IMG/VR virus record: IMGVR_UViG_3300046532_001353
Coordinates: 1-59,069 of that record
DNA: 59,069 bases
Reading direction: 5' to 3' (one strand)
Source of the DNA: a virus
Lineage: Duplodnaviria > Caudoviricetes
In this document: piece after piece, positions 1-8,748 of the stretch
How the letters are laid out: each line of letters opens with the position of its first letter
How positions within the stretch are numbered: the stretch's first letter is position 1
Position numbers and translations under genes: made by a program
The notes under the pieces: generated by a model
The model's database searches: none
Told to the model about the DNA's origin: nothing
The model's input: the letters and a program-made list of their open reading frames with translations, nothing else

Positions 1-344
1 GTAATTATGATCGTTCTGAATTTGGTAGTCCTGAAGCTTTGAATGCAGATGATTCTGTATTGGAAGAAATATACAACAAACAGTATTCTGTTAAAGAATT
101 TACTGATCCTTCAACATTTAAATCTTATAGTGAGCTTAACCTTAAGTTAACTAGAGTTTTAGGTGAAGATGCTGGAACTTCTCAAGAGAAATCAGCAATG
201 GCAGAATCAGTAGATGATTCACCGTTTAATGATGAACCTTCTATTTCGGACCCAGTTGCAGTAGCAGCTGATCCAATAGCAAGAGCTGATTCAGATAATG
301 ATGATACTATGAGTTATTTCGCTAAGTTAGCGGCAGAAGCTTAA
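1..344 (+). CDS. gp32: Single-stranded DNA-binding protein gp32, C-terminal part (5' end outside window)
   Basis: Frame is open from the window start (NYDRSEFGSPEAL...). Contains FKSYSELNLKLTRVLG and an acidic tail ending DDDTMSYFAKLAAE, typical of T4-like gp32. Confidence 0.9.
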   Translation, partial: NYDRSEFGSPEALNADDSVLEEIYNKQYSVKEFTDPSTFKSYSELNLKLTRVLGEDAGTSQEKSAMAESVDDSPFNDEPSISDPVAVAADPIARADSDNDDTMSYFAKLAAEA

Positions 345-350
345 TCTATG

Positions 351-376
351 AACCCGTCGAAAGGCGGGTTTTTTTT
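351..376 (+). terminator. Rho-independent terminator after gp32
   Basis: AACCCGTC-GAAA-GGCGGGTT stem-loop followed by a T run, between convergent genes. Confidence 0.9.
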
Positions 377-2825
377 AATAGTTATTATAAGATCCACCAG
401 CATCAAACTTAATGGCCTCTGATGAATAATAGTTATTATAGGTGTTATACAAGTTAGTACCACCAGTACCATTCATGTTTCCATTACTTCCTGTTAAATC
501 TACTTTAGAAACTCCTAGTGCTTCTTGTAATGCTCTAATTCCACCAGCTGCATTTTGATAATTCTCTAAACTAAGATTTTTTAAACCTGTTGTAATAGTT
601 AGATCATTACCTGCACCATACATTGCATATTTTCCACCATTAAATGCAGCATCTATACCATGAGCCATATATACAAAATCATCAGTAAATTTGGTAAATT
701 CAAAATTACTTGCTTTTAATTGCATCCCAGTTAATTGATTCATTACATTTACAACCTTTGATATACCATCAGCTGATTTACCTAATGTAAGGTCACCTAT
801 TGTAGCTAAGCTTTCCATAGGTTTAACAATATTGTCTATCATGGTTTGTAAACCAGAGGCACTTGTGTCTTTATCAGCCTTACCACTTAACCATTCCATA
901 TTAAAAAAGTTACTAAACCCATCAAAAGTATCACCTATAGTATCAGCTGTACCAGTTCCAAACAAAGCTGTTCCTAATGCGGCTATACCAGCTCCTAATG
1001 AAACTAAACCAAGACCAGTACTAGTCAGATTTGCTCCATTAACCTGGTTAAATCCAGCTAATCCACCCCCCATATGATTTAACATCGTACCGAATGCAGC
1101 GCCATCAGCACCTAAGAATGCGGCTATACCAGTAACACCAGCTAGACCAGCAAAGAAACCACCAATACCAGCTCCCATTGCTGTCATACCTGCAGCAGCT
1201 AACGGCATTGCAGCACCTAATCCAGCACCAGCTATAATAAACCCAGATAAAGCTAATTGTTGTGGTCCAGTAAATGCACCTAAACCTTCTGCAATATTTG
1301 TAGCTTGATCTTTAAATGCTTTACCATCAACGTTGGCAAGAGAACCAAGTTTAGCAGCTGCAGTCATACCAACCATGAAACCACCAATACCAGCACCCAT
1401 TATTGATGCACCGGCTGCTGCCTTTCCTGCATTTGCAATAGCAACCTTTCCTTTCCCGCCTGTCATCATAGCAGCACCAGCACCAGCCATTAAACCTAAA
1501 ACACCTAATGTTTTTGCATCAAGAGTTTCTAAGGCCTTTAATGCTTCAACCGTATTAAGAGCATTATCTTTAAATGTTGTACCACTAATTTTTGTTAATG
1601 CAGCAGGAGCAGACATACCAACCATGAAACCACCGATTGATGCTCCAGCGATTGAGGCTCCTGTAGCTGCTAACGCTGTAGTTCCAATGCCAAGTTTACT
1701 TGTTGCCATTAAAGCACCACCACCTGCAAGAACACCTAAGATAGCTAAAGTTTTTACATCCATAGTTTCCAAAGCCTTTAAAGCTTCGACTGTATTAAGA
1801 GCGTTATCTTTAAATGATGTACCTTCTATTTTAGTTATACTTGAAACAGCAACAATACCAGTCATAAAACCACCAATAGCAGCACCAGCCAACGATGCAC
1901 CAGCTGCAGCACCAGTCGCCTTACCTAAGCTTTTATATCCCAGGCCTGCTCCAGCGACAGCTATTAAACCTAAAGTAGCTAGCGTTCCAGTACTTAAAGT
2001 ACCAAGTTCTTCTAATGCATCTGCTACATCAGCAGCATTATCTTTAAATGTTTTACCATCAAAACCAGTTAAACTGCCCGCAGCTACGACACCTGACATA
2101 AAGCCACCAATACCCGCACCCATTGCAGTCATACCAATAGCAGCTTTAGCACTCTTGCCAACTCCGCCGGCCATTCCTAAGAAAGCACCACCAGCTAACA
2201 TAACACCTAACATAGTTATGGATTTATTGCTCATCTTACCGAAGTGTTCCCAACCTTCAGATATATTCTTTGCTTGTTCAGGGAAACCTTCCCCTCTAAA
2301 TGCTTTTACGCCTGACCAAACCATTAAGCCACTCATAAATGCACCAATACCTAAACCCATTAAACCTAGACCAGCAGCACCTTTTGCTGCTTTACCTAAG
2401 AAACTAGATTTTCCACCAGCATCTTTTTTATTGTCTTTATCTTCTTTATCTTTATCTTTGGATTCTCTATCAGCTTCACTTTGAGCACTATCTAATGCTT
2501 TCCAGCGCGCTGTAAAAAGATCTCTTAATTCGTCTTGTTTACCACGAGTTGAAGGTTTATTTTCTTCTTCAGCCTGACCTAACTTACCCTTTTCAAGGAA
2601 TGTCTTTGCTTGACCTGCTAAGAACCTACGTTGGAAGTCTTGACCAGCACTCATGATATTACTTTGTTGATCTACTTGTACTTCATCAACTGCAGCCATT
2701 CTTTCAGCACGATCGCGATCTTCTTTATCGCGTATTAAATCTTTTCGACTGACAGCATTAAGTTTCCTTAATTCAGCAACAATTAATCCTAATTGCGGGT
2801 CAGATTGTTTATTTTTTTCAGCCAT
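375..2825 (-). CDS. Putative tape measure / baseplate hub protein (gp29-like position)
   Basis: 816 aa; charged helical N-terminus, then about six Gly/Ala-rich hydrophobic repeats (GIGGFM...FKDNA...EAL). Lies directly downstream of gp26/gp51. Confidence 0.6.
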   Translation of the reverse strand: MAEKNKQSDPQLGLIVAELRKLNAVSRKDLIRDKEDRDRAERMAAVDEVQVDQQSNIMSAGQDFQRRFLAGQAKTFLEKGKLGQAEEENKPSTRGKQDELRDLFTARWKALDSAQSEADRESKDKDKEDKDNKKDAGGKSSFLGKAAKGAAGLGLMGLGIGAFMSGLMVWSGVKAFRGEGFPEQAKNISEGWEHFGKMSNKSITMLGVMLAGGAFLGMAGGVGKSAKAAIGMTAMGAGIGGFMSGVVAAGSLTGFDGKTFKDNAADVADALEELGTLSTGTLATLGLIAVAGAGLGYKSLGKATGAAAGASLAGAAIGGFMTGIVAVSSITKIEGTSFKDNALNTVEALKALETMDVKTLAILGVLAGGGALMATSKLGIGTTALAATGASIAGASIGGFMVGMSAPAALTKISGTTFKDNALNTVEALKALETLDAKTLGVLGLMAGAGAAMMTGGKGKVAIANAGKAAAGASIMGAGIGGFMVGMTAAAKLGSLANVDGKAFKDQATNIAEGLGAFTGPQQLALSGFIIAGAGLGAAMPLAAAGMTAMGAGIGGFFAGLAGVTGIAAFLGADGAAFGTMLNHMGGGLAGFNQVNGANLTSTGLGLVSLGAGIAALGTALFGTGTADTIGDTFDGFSNFFNMEWLSGKADKDTSASGLQTMIDNIVKPMESLATIGDLTLGKSADGISKVVNVMNQLTGMQLKASNFEFTKFTDDFVYMAHGIDAAFNGGKYAMYGAGNDLTITTGLKNLSLENYQNAAGGIRALQEALGVSKVDLTGSNGNMNGTGGTNLYNTYNNYYSSEAIKFDAGGSYNNY

Positions 2826-3006
2826 GTTTACTCTGCTCTCTATTACGTTCTTCTATCCATTGTGTTAGAAGGCTAACATATATATCCCTCTCCCACGGTA
2901 ACATATTATTCAAATCTTCCAATTGAAAATTATGTTGATGCATTAAAGCAAAATTTGTCTTATAATGCGTTACTAATGAATCGTGTGAAAGGGCTATATA
3001 AAAAAA
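2818..3006 (-). CDS. gp51: gp51-like baseplate hub assembly ORF missing from the ORF track; possibly expressed by -1 frameshift from gp26, or from an internal ATG at 2943
   Basis: Manual translation FFYIALSHDSLVTHYKTNFALMHQHNFQLEDLNNMLPWERDIYVSLLTQWIEERNREQSKHG*. NFALM..H and NMLPWERDIYV are typical of the short gp51 of marine T4-like phages. The TGA stop overlaps the start of the next gene. Confidence 0.75.
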   Translation of the reverse strand, partial: FFYIALSHDSLVTHYKTNFALMHQHNFQLEDLNNMLPWERDIYVSLLTQWIEERNREQSKHG

Positions 3007-3701
3007 TCAGCTAGTCCTTTTAACTCCCTTGTATTTTCGTGTCCACATTTTTTGCATGTGAATTCTATATCATAACCAACATACGGTGTTTTAACAAGCA
3101 TTGCCATTATTTCAGAAAATTGCTCAGAACTCATATTTTCAGTAAACTCAACCACTTCTTCAAATGGTACATCACTTGTTGAATGTATATCTTCACCATG
3201 ATAAATTGTTCCAATTGATTTAGCAACCATATTGATAAGTTTTTCTGTACCAGTATCGCCTTCTACGCCTCTATCGCCCATAGTAGGCCAGCGTAATTCA
3301 ATTGCCATATTATCACTAAGTTTTATTTGAAGATCTTTATTATCAAAATCATTATTCTTAATTTCTAATTTATCTAAATTAACTTTAACGTTATTTGATT
3401 CTTCGCATTCATCAGCAGAACAAGTAATACCTAACTCTATTCCTTCACCTACACTGCTTGCACGTAATGTTAAAAATATAAATTCAATATCAAATCCTGT
3501 TAACTTATCTATTTTAACACTATCATCTAAACATGATGTAATTATTGCAGTTACAGCTTGTTCAATTTGCATATCATCTTGAGATTCTAAAGCTATTAGC
3601 AATAGTTTCTCTTCTCTGACCACGTATGGTCTGTATTTAATACTTTCGCCTGTTGAGGGCACAATCATATCATACTTTGGGGTTGCTAGTTTTGGCAACA
3701 T
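2994..3701 (-). CDS. gp26: Baseplate hub assembly protein gp26-like
   Basis: MLPKLATPKY...IKYRPYVVREEKLLLIA, FDIEFIFLTLRASSVGE, Cys pairs (CSADEC, CKKC), ends GLADFF. Confidence 0.85.
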   Translation of the reverse strand: MLPKLATPKYDMIVPSTGESIKYRPYVVREEKLLLIALESQDDMQIEQAVTAIITSCLDDSVKIDKLTGFDIEFIFLTLRASSVGEGIELGITCSADECEESNNVKVNLDKLEIKNNDFDNKDLQIKLSDNMAIELRWPTMGDRGVEGDTGTEKLINMVAKSIGTIYHGEDIHSTSDVPFEEVVEFTENMSSEQFSEIMAMLVKTPYVGYDIEFTCKKCGHENTRELKGLADFFI

Positions 3702-3733
3702 ATCATTACTTCTCCATTATTATAAATTATTTC

Positions 3734-4525
3734 TTAAAAACCACCAGCTACTGGTTGTTTATTCCAAGGGCCACCACCCTTAGTATTCCAAGGTCCTTTT
3801 ACTGGTTCACTTGTTTCTCCAATTAAAGTCTCTTTTTTATTTGTGTTTAATTTTTTCATTACTTTATCATCTGTAAATTTAATATTAAGATTCATAAAGC
3901 CATTGAAATTGTTTAGTGCTCTCCAATTGTCATATTCCCAAGTTACAGTTACTTCTAATAGTCCATCAGAGCCATTACCTAATTCAATTGCCGACATTTG
4001 TATAGGATATGCATTCTCTAACTTAACTGCATAACCTGGAATTATATCATTAGATTGAGATAATTGCTGTATTGTTACATCACTACAGTAGTCTCTTTTG
4101 TACATTGCTTTATAATGATCACCTGTACTATCAATAATCATTTCTTGCCACATATCAAAATACTTTTTAATGTAATAGTCATTCGTTAATAAGAATGACA
4201 TACTTACTTCATCAGTCATCATTGAATATGGCTTCTTTGACATATTATGATCATGTGTAGCTTCTGTTGTAGTTATACGTTTACCTGGAATTGAACATGT
4301 TTGACATAACAAAAACATATCTATCGGGTTACGAATAAAATCTCCTAAATGAACACCATCACCAGATATCATATTATTTAATAATGTTGCTGGGTCAAAT
4401 CTCATTAAAGAATTCATAGATTTTGAAGGATGAGGAATATATACACAGAATCTATTTCCACGCGCTATACCACCATGAGTGTTGACTGCAGATTTCATTG
4501 AGTCTATGTTTACTGGTTTTCCCAT
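3734..4525 (-). CDS. Tail-tube-fold protein, gp54-like tail tube initiator
   Basis: GGIARGNRF, CSIPG, FDMWQEMI, LENAYP..MSAIEL, VTVTWEY pattern of gp19/gp54-family proteins; position between gp2 and gp26. Confidence 0.65.
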   Translation of the reverse strand: MGKPVNIDSMKSAVNTHGGIARGNRFCVYIPHPSKSMNSLMRFDPATLLNNMISGDGVHLGDFIRNPIDMFLLCQTCSIPGKRITTTEATHDHNMSKKPYSMMTDEVSMSFLLTNDYYIKKYFDMWQEMIIDSTGDHYKAMYKRDYCSDVTIQQLSQSNDIIPGYAVKLENAYPIQMSAIELGNGSDGLLEVTVTWEYDNWRALNNFNGFMNLNIKFTDDKVMKKLNTNKKETLIGETSEPVKGPWNTKGGGPWNKQPVAGGF

Positions 4526-5103
4526 TAGTATTGTTTCCTTGAATCAGCCCAAACTGTTTGCACACCAGCTTTCTTAAATGAGGCTGTTTGTAAAAATATT
4601 GCAATATTCCATTCTTCAGCAGATACTTTCATAATTTTTGAATTCACATTTTTTGTAAGATAATGTTTGAAGCATGGTTTAAAGTATTTATAGTTCTTTG
4701 TTGCTTTTAATAAGTTATATGTAATTCTAAACTTAGTCGACTTATTAAATTTTTTATTAGATGCTATAGCGCCTAATTTATCTAAGAAGATCGCACGAAC
4801 TTTTGGCGGTAAATAATGTAAATTAATACCATAGAATCCATCTTTTGCTGCACCTACAACAATAGTCAAAGGAAATGTATCATAGTAAGGCAATGTTTGT
4901 TTAAGCTTAGGATCATATGTGTACATCACCATATCACCTGAACTAGCCTCAGTTGCTTCTAATCTATCATCATTAAGAACAGACTTACCTAACGGCCCAA
5001 GCTCTTTAGCTTTCTTTTGAAACCAAGTTGATGCTTCTTTTGATCTTGCTACTAAACCTTTACGAAATGCTTCCGATTCTAATTTGTCAAATAAACTGGC
5101 CAT
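4525..5103 (-). CDS. gp2: DNA end protector protein gp2
   Basis: YDPKLKQTLPYYDTFPL, GFYGINLHYLPP, FKPCFKHYL motifs. Confidence 0.9.
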   Translation of the reverse strand: MASLFDKLESEAFRKGLVARSKEASTWFQKKAKELGPLGKSVLNDDRLEATEASSGDMVMYTYDPKLKQTLPYYDTFPLTIVVGAAKDGFYGINLHYLPPKVRAIFLDKLGAIASNKKFNKSTKFRITYNLLKATKNYKYFKPCFKHYLTKNVNSKIMKVSAEEWNIAIFLQTASFKKAGVQTVWADSRKQY

Positions 5104-5128
5104 TAAATTTCCTTTTTAATCATAACTA

Positions 5129-5136
5129 TATTTATA
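5129..5136 (-). promoter_or_regulatory. T4-type late promoter
   Basis: Exact TATAAATA on the minus strand upstream of gp2. Confidence 0.75.
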
Positions 5137-5629
5137 TCCGTTTCTTAAGTGTTTTCCATATTCTTTTACCGGTCTTTGTTTTACTTACTTTAAATTTCAT
5201 AGACATTGTTTTAATTCCCATAGCTTCTAATTCATTCTCAGTCCATATCTGAAACTCATAACCTCTATCATCTGCATACTTCTTTGCATACTTCCACTTA
5301 GATGTATTCTTCATATAAGTTAATGCTTCATTAAGCTTCTTACGTTTAGGTGGTTGTGTTTGCGCATGTGGTTTAATTTCAACCAAGATGGTACGACCTG
5401 TATTCGTTCGTATAGTAAGATCAACAAAGTATCTATGTGGCTTACGATCAGTTGAACATATATATGGTATGACAGTTTCTTCAGACTGCCACCACTTAAC
5501 CCATGTTGCTTTATCCATATATCTAAACGTATTGCGTTCCCATAATGACCTATAATGTATCATATCAATATTACCATTATATTTTTCAGGGTGTTTTGGT
5601 CGCCAAGAGCCAGAATATGTCTTTTTCAT
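5132..5629 (-). CDS. gp4: Head completion nuclease gp4 (TnsA-like PD-(D/E)xK)
   Basis: YSG.WRPKHPEKYNG, YRSLWE, W.SEE.VIPY, HRYFVD, LVEIKP, KW.YA, FQIWTE. Confidence 0.92.
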   Translation of the reverse strand: MKKTYSGSWRPKHPEKYNGNIDMIHYRSLWERNTFRYMDKATWVKWWQSEETVIPYICSTDRKPHRYFVDLTIRTNTGRTILVEIKPHAQTQPPKRKKLNEALTYMKNTSKWKYAKKYADDRGYEFQIWTENELEAMGIKTMSMKFKVSKTKTGKRIWKTLKKRI

Positions 5630-5634
5630 ATAAC

Positions 5635-5658
5635 TATTTATACAAATTCGTATAAATA
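5635..5658. promoter_or_regulatory. Back-to-back divergent late promoters (gp4 leftward, gp48 rightward)
   Basis: TATAAATA on the minus strand at 5635-5642 and on the plus strand at 5651-5658. Confidence 0.85.
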
Positions 5659-5684
5659 ACTATTATACAAATAAAGGACTTATT

Positions 5685-6899
5685 ATGGCAGATAGCAATC
5701 AAGGCGGTTTAGCTCCAGGACCACACCGCGCCGATGATACCAGAGTAAACAATGATTATCTATGGGAACATTGGAAATACCCAGAAACTGTAGGTAATGA
5801 TACTGGCGTTGACGATATAAATTTTAATAGTAATTCAACCAGTGAATACGCAAAGAATAGGATGTCTAATACATCACCAATGACACATGAGCCATTTATG
5901 TTATTTGAGTTTATGAGAGTTGATAACGATAATTACGGTGAAAAAACATCTCAATTTGTTTCATCAGGCGCTGATGCGCTTTGGAATGGAACCTACAAAA
6001 ATGGCGGAAAAAATGTTGTACAAGCTGCTAAAACTGGGTTTACACGTGGACAAGATATGGCCAGCGATGCCGGAGCATGGCTAGCCACTGAAGCTGAAGG
6101 TTCTGATACGCAAGATGCTATTGATAATGCATCATTTGGTAATAGCGCACTTGGTAAAGGTGCTGAAGGTGTATTTAACAAAGTAAAAGAATGGGCTCAA
6201 AGTATTGGTACTCTTGTAAAAAGAAAATATATGGGTTCAATTTGTTTATATATGCCAACTGGTATAGAAATAAATGATCAAATGATTTATAATGATGATT
6301 CAAGAAAAATGGGAGCATTTGCAGAGACTTTATTCTCAGATAATTATAAAGACATATTTAATCCAACAACATTAACAAGTCCAGAAGCACTAACTGCTGC
6401 TGGTTTTATAGGTGGGCAAGCATTTGGTGGTAGTGGTGTTATGTCAGCTCTTTTAGGTGCTGGGCTTGGCACAATAGTTAGTACAGAAATTCAAAGAGGT
6501 AGTGGTAAAGTTGCTAATCCAAATGAAATTGTAATGTATAGTTCAACTGCATTAAGAACATTTTCATTTGCTTGGACTATATTACCAGATTCTGCAAAGG
6601 AATCACAACAAGCAACAGGCCTTATTAAAATGTTTAGAAAAGCTGCTCATGCAACAAAAGATAATAAACTGCTTATAACAGTACCTGATCATGTCATCGT
6701 ATCATTTCATGGTGCTGGTGCAAAAGGTGTAGAAATGATTCAATTACCTCCATGTGTTATTGAATCTGTTAATGTTTCATATAATCCAAATAACACTTCA
6801 TTTTTTAAAGAAAATAATTCACCTGTTGAAATTGGGTTAGCAGTAACACTTAAAGAAATGGTTCCATTATATTCAGATGACATAGACAAAGGATATTAA
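5685..6899 (+). CDS. gp48: Baseplate tail tube cap gp48-like
   Basis: ICLYMPTGI, NPNEIVMY...LRTFSFAWTILPDS..ES, CVIESVNVSYNP, LTLKE-type C-terminus; located before gp53. Confidence 0.8.
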   Translation: MADSNQGGLAPGPHRADDTRVNNDYLWEHWKYPETVGNDTGVDDINFNSNSTSEYAKNRMSNTSPMTHEPFMLFEFMRVDNDNYGEKTSQFVSSGADALWNGTYKNGGKNVVQAAKTGFTRGQDMASDAGAWLATEAEGSDTQDAIDNASFGNSALGKGAEGVFNKVKEWAQSIGTLVKRKYMGSICLYMPTGIEINDQMIYNDDSRKMGAFAETLFSDNYKDIFNPTTLTSPEALTAAGFIGGQAFGGSGVMSALLGAGLGTIVSTEIQRGSGKVANPNEIVMYSSTALRTFSFAWTILPDSAKESQQATGLIKMFRKAAHATKDNKLLITVPDHVIVSFHGAGAKGVEMIQLPPCVIESVNVSYNPNNTSFFKENNSPVEIGLAVTLKEMVPLYSDDIDKGY

Positions 6900-6901
6900 T
6901 T

Positions 6902-7612
6902 ATGTACTTTAAATCAATACAAAATGTAGCAATAGATGTAGATGGATCTGGTATTTTAGATAGATTAAAAAATCTAACTGCAAAAGCAAATATTTCAAAT
7001 TCATTAGTTAATAATGCTGGTTATTATCAGACCGTAAAAATTATAGATGGTGAAAGACCAGATCATTTAAGTCAACGGTTATATGGCACATCAATATATC
7101 ATTGGACATTCTTATTACTTAATCCACAGATAAAAAACATATGGGATGATTGGCCTATGAAGCATGGTCAATTAGTACAGTATTGCACAAATAAATATCA
7201 ATACCTTGCTGCTGATACTGATACTGACTTAAATGAAAAATTTATTTTAGGTGAAACAGTTAAAGGTTCTGTATCATCTGCACTAGGTATTGTTAAAGAG
7301 ATCCATGTTAATATGGGTTATATTGTAATAGAAAAAACATCAGGCACATTTACTATAACCGGTGAAACTATTCAAGGTATTACTTCTACAGATTCAGCGG
7401 ATGCTAATTTTATTAAGTCACAAGCTTACGCACCTCACCATCATGTTGATGCTTCTAGTAACTGGGTAAAGCGCGCTGCTTCTGGTACAACTCCATTTAC
7501 TTACATCGATTATGAGTCTGCTGTAACTGAACAAAACAGAAATATTAAGGTCATTAAACCTGAAAATATAAGTGAAGTAGCTCGCCAATTTGCTAGCGCA
7601 ATGAATGTCTAA
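6902..7612 (+). CDS. gp53: Baseplate wedge subunit gp53
   Basis: MYFK, IIDGERPDHLSQRLYG...YHWTFLLLN, DWP (LysM-like region), NRNIKVIKPE. Confidence 0.88.
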   Translation: MYFKSIQNVAIDVDGSGILDRLKNLTAKANISNSLVNNAGYYQTVKIIDGERPDHLSQRLYGTSIYHWTFLLLNPQIKNIWDDWPMKHGQLVQYCTNKYQYLAADTDTDLNEKFILGETVKGSVSSALGIVKEIHVNMGYIVIEKTSGTFTITGETIQGITSTDSADANFIKSQAYAPHHHVDASSNWVKRAASGTTPFTYIDYESAVTEQNRNIKVIKPENISEVARQFASAMNV

Positions 7613-8748
7613 TGTATAACATACAAAATTTTAAGGTCTATATAGATAATACTGATATAAGCGCTATGGTCGTAGGTATGACTATATATGAAAGTATTCA
7701 TGGCAATATTAAAGCTACTTTAAATGTAGATGATAAAGTTAATTTCTTTGATGTGTTTTTTAGAGGCATAACATTAAATATAGTTAAATTAAGTTATACC
7801 TATTTTGATGTACCAACAGAAATAATTTTATATGCTGATGGTATTACTGATCAAAAAATAACTAAACAAGGAAAAACATATATTATTAAAGCAGTTTCTG
7901 TAAATAATTTTAATGAAGCTACCGCTAGAATTTGTAATGCATATAATGGAACATCAGCTGATATACTTACTGATATATGGGGAGAAACTCATGCTGAGAA
8001 GAATATATTAATGATTGATTCTGATGTTACTTCAAATGGAAAATATGTTGTACCTAATATTTCTGCTAGACAAGCTATGAATGATATAGTAAATACCGCA
8101 TATTGCAAAATGAATACTCCAATGTTTTTATATCAAAGACTAGCCGATAATGGAATAACAAGATTTACATCAATAGATACTATGCTAGAAACTAATTATT
8201 TGACTACTAACGGAAAGCCTTTCACAATACATTCTCAGGAAATAACTCAAGGTAGTGCTGAAGCCCCATTACGTACTGTAGGATCTAGTTCTAAATTTAC
8301 TTTAACTGATTACAATATGGATTTTATAAAAAAAGTCTCAGAAGGTATGTGGGGAAAATCAATATTAGAAGTATCATTAGATGAAACTACAGAAACAGTA
8401 ATTAAACCTGCAGAAGTAACTAATATTCCAATAACAAAATTCAGCCGCAGTAAAGATTTATTTGATGAAAAATCATTAATGTCAGGATATTCAGCAACGT
8501 CATCAGAACTTATAAGAAATATGAAATTTAGATTATTTAATACAGTATTAACTGCCAATGATGTTATAGCTATTCCAGGTGTAGGTTGCGGAATGCTTAT
8601 TAATGTTGAACAGGGCGGTGGTCAAATGTCAGGAACAAAATCCGATGGTCTTTATATAATTTCTTATGTAAGCCACAATTATAGAATGGAAGATGGCAGT
8701 ATGGAATATTCACAAAATATAGGCTTAGTAAGGGAAGGTAACATATAA
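7612..8748 (+). CDS. Putative baseplate hub protein (gp27-like position)
   Basis: 378 aa, coupled between gp53 and gp5; IYESI near the N-terminus and GLYIISYVSHNY near the C-terminus resemble contractile-tail hub proteins. Confidence 0.5.
   Translation: MYNIQNFKVYIDNTDISAMVVGMTIYESIHGNIKATLNVDDKVNFFDVFFRGITLNIVKLSYTYFDVPTEIILYADGITDQKITKQGKTYIIKAVSVNNFNEATARICNAYNGTSADILTDIWGETHAEKNILMIDSDVTSNGKYVVPNISARQAMNDIVNTAYCKMNTPMFLYQRLADNGITRFTSIDTMLETNYLTTNGKPFTIHSQEITQGSAEAPLRTVGSSSKFTLTDYNMDFIKKVSEGMWGKSILEVSLDETTETVIKPAEVTNIPITKFSRSKDLFDEKSLMSGYSATSSELIRNMKFRLFNTVLTANDVIAIPGVGCGMLINVEQGGGQMSGTKSDGLYIISYVSHNYRMEDGSMEYSQNIGLVREGNI

Noticed and set aside
1333-2484. 383-aa plus-strand ORF (and 832..1077) antisense to the tape-measure candidate
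   Set aside because: Pro/Ala/Ile-rich mirror of Gly/Ala codons on the coding strand; no SD or recognisable domain.
5132-5629. TnsA-like nuclease as a transposon or homing element
   Set aside because: Motifs and position between gp2 and gp48 identify it as the core gp4 head completion protein.
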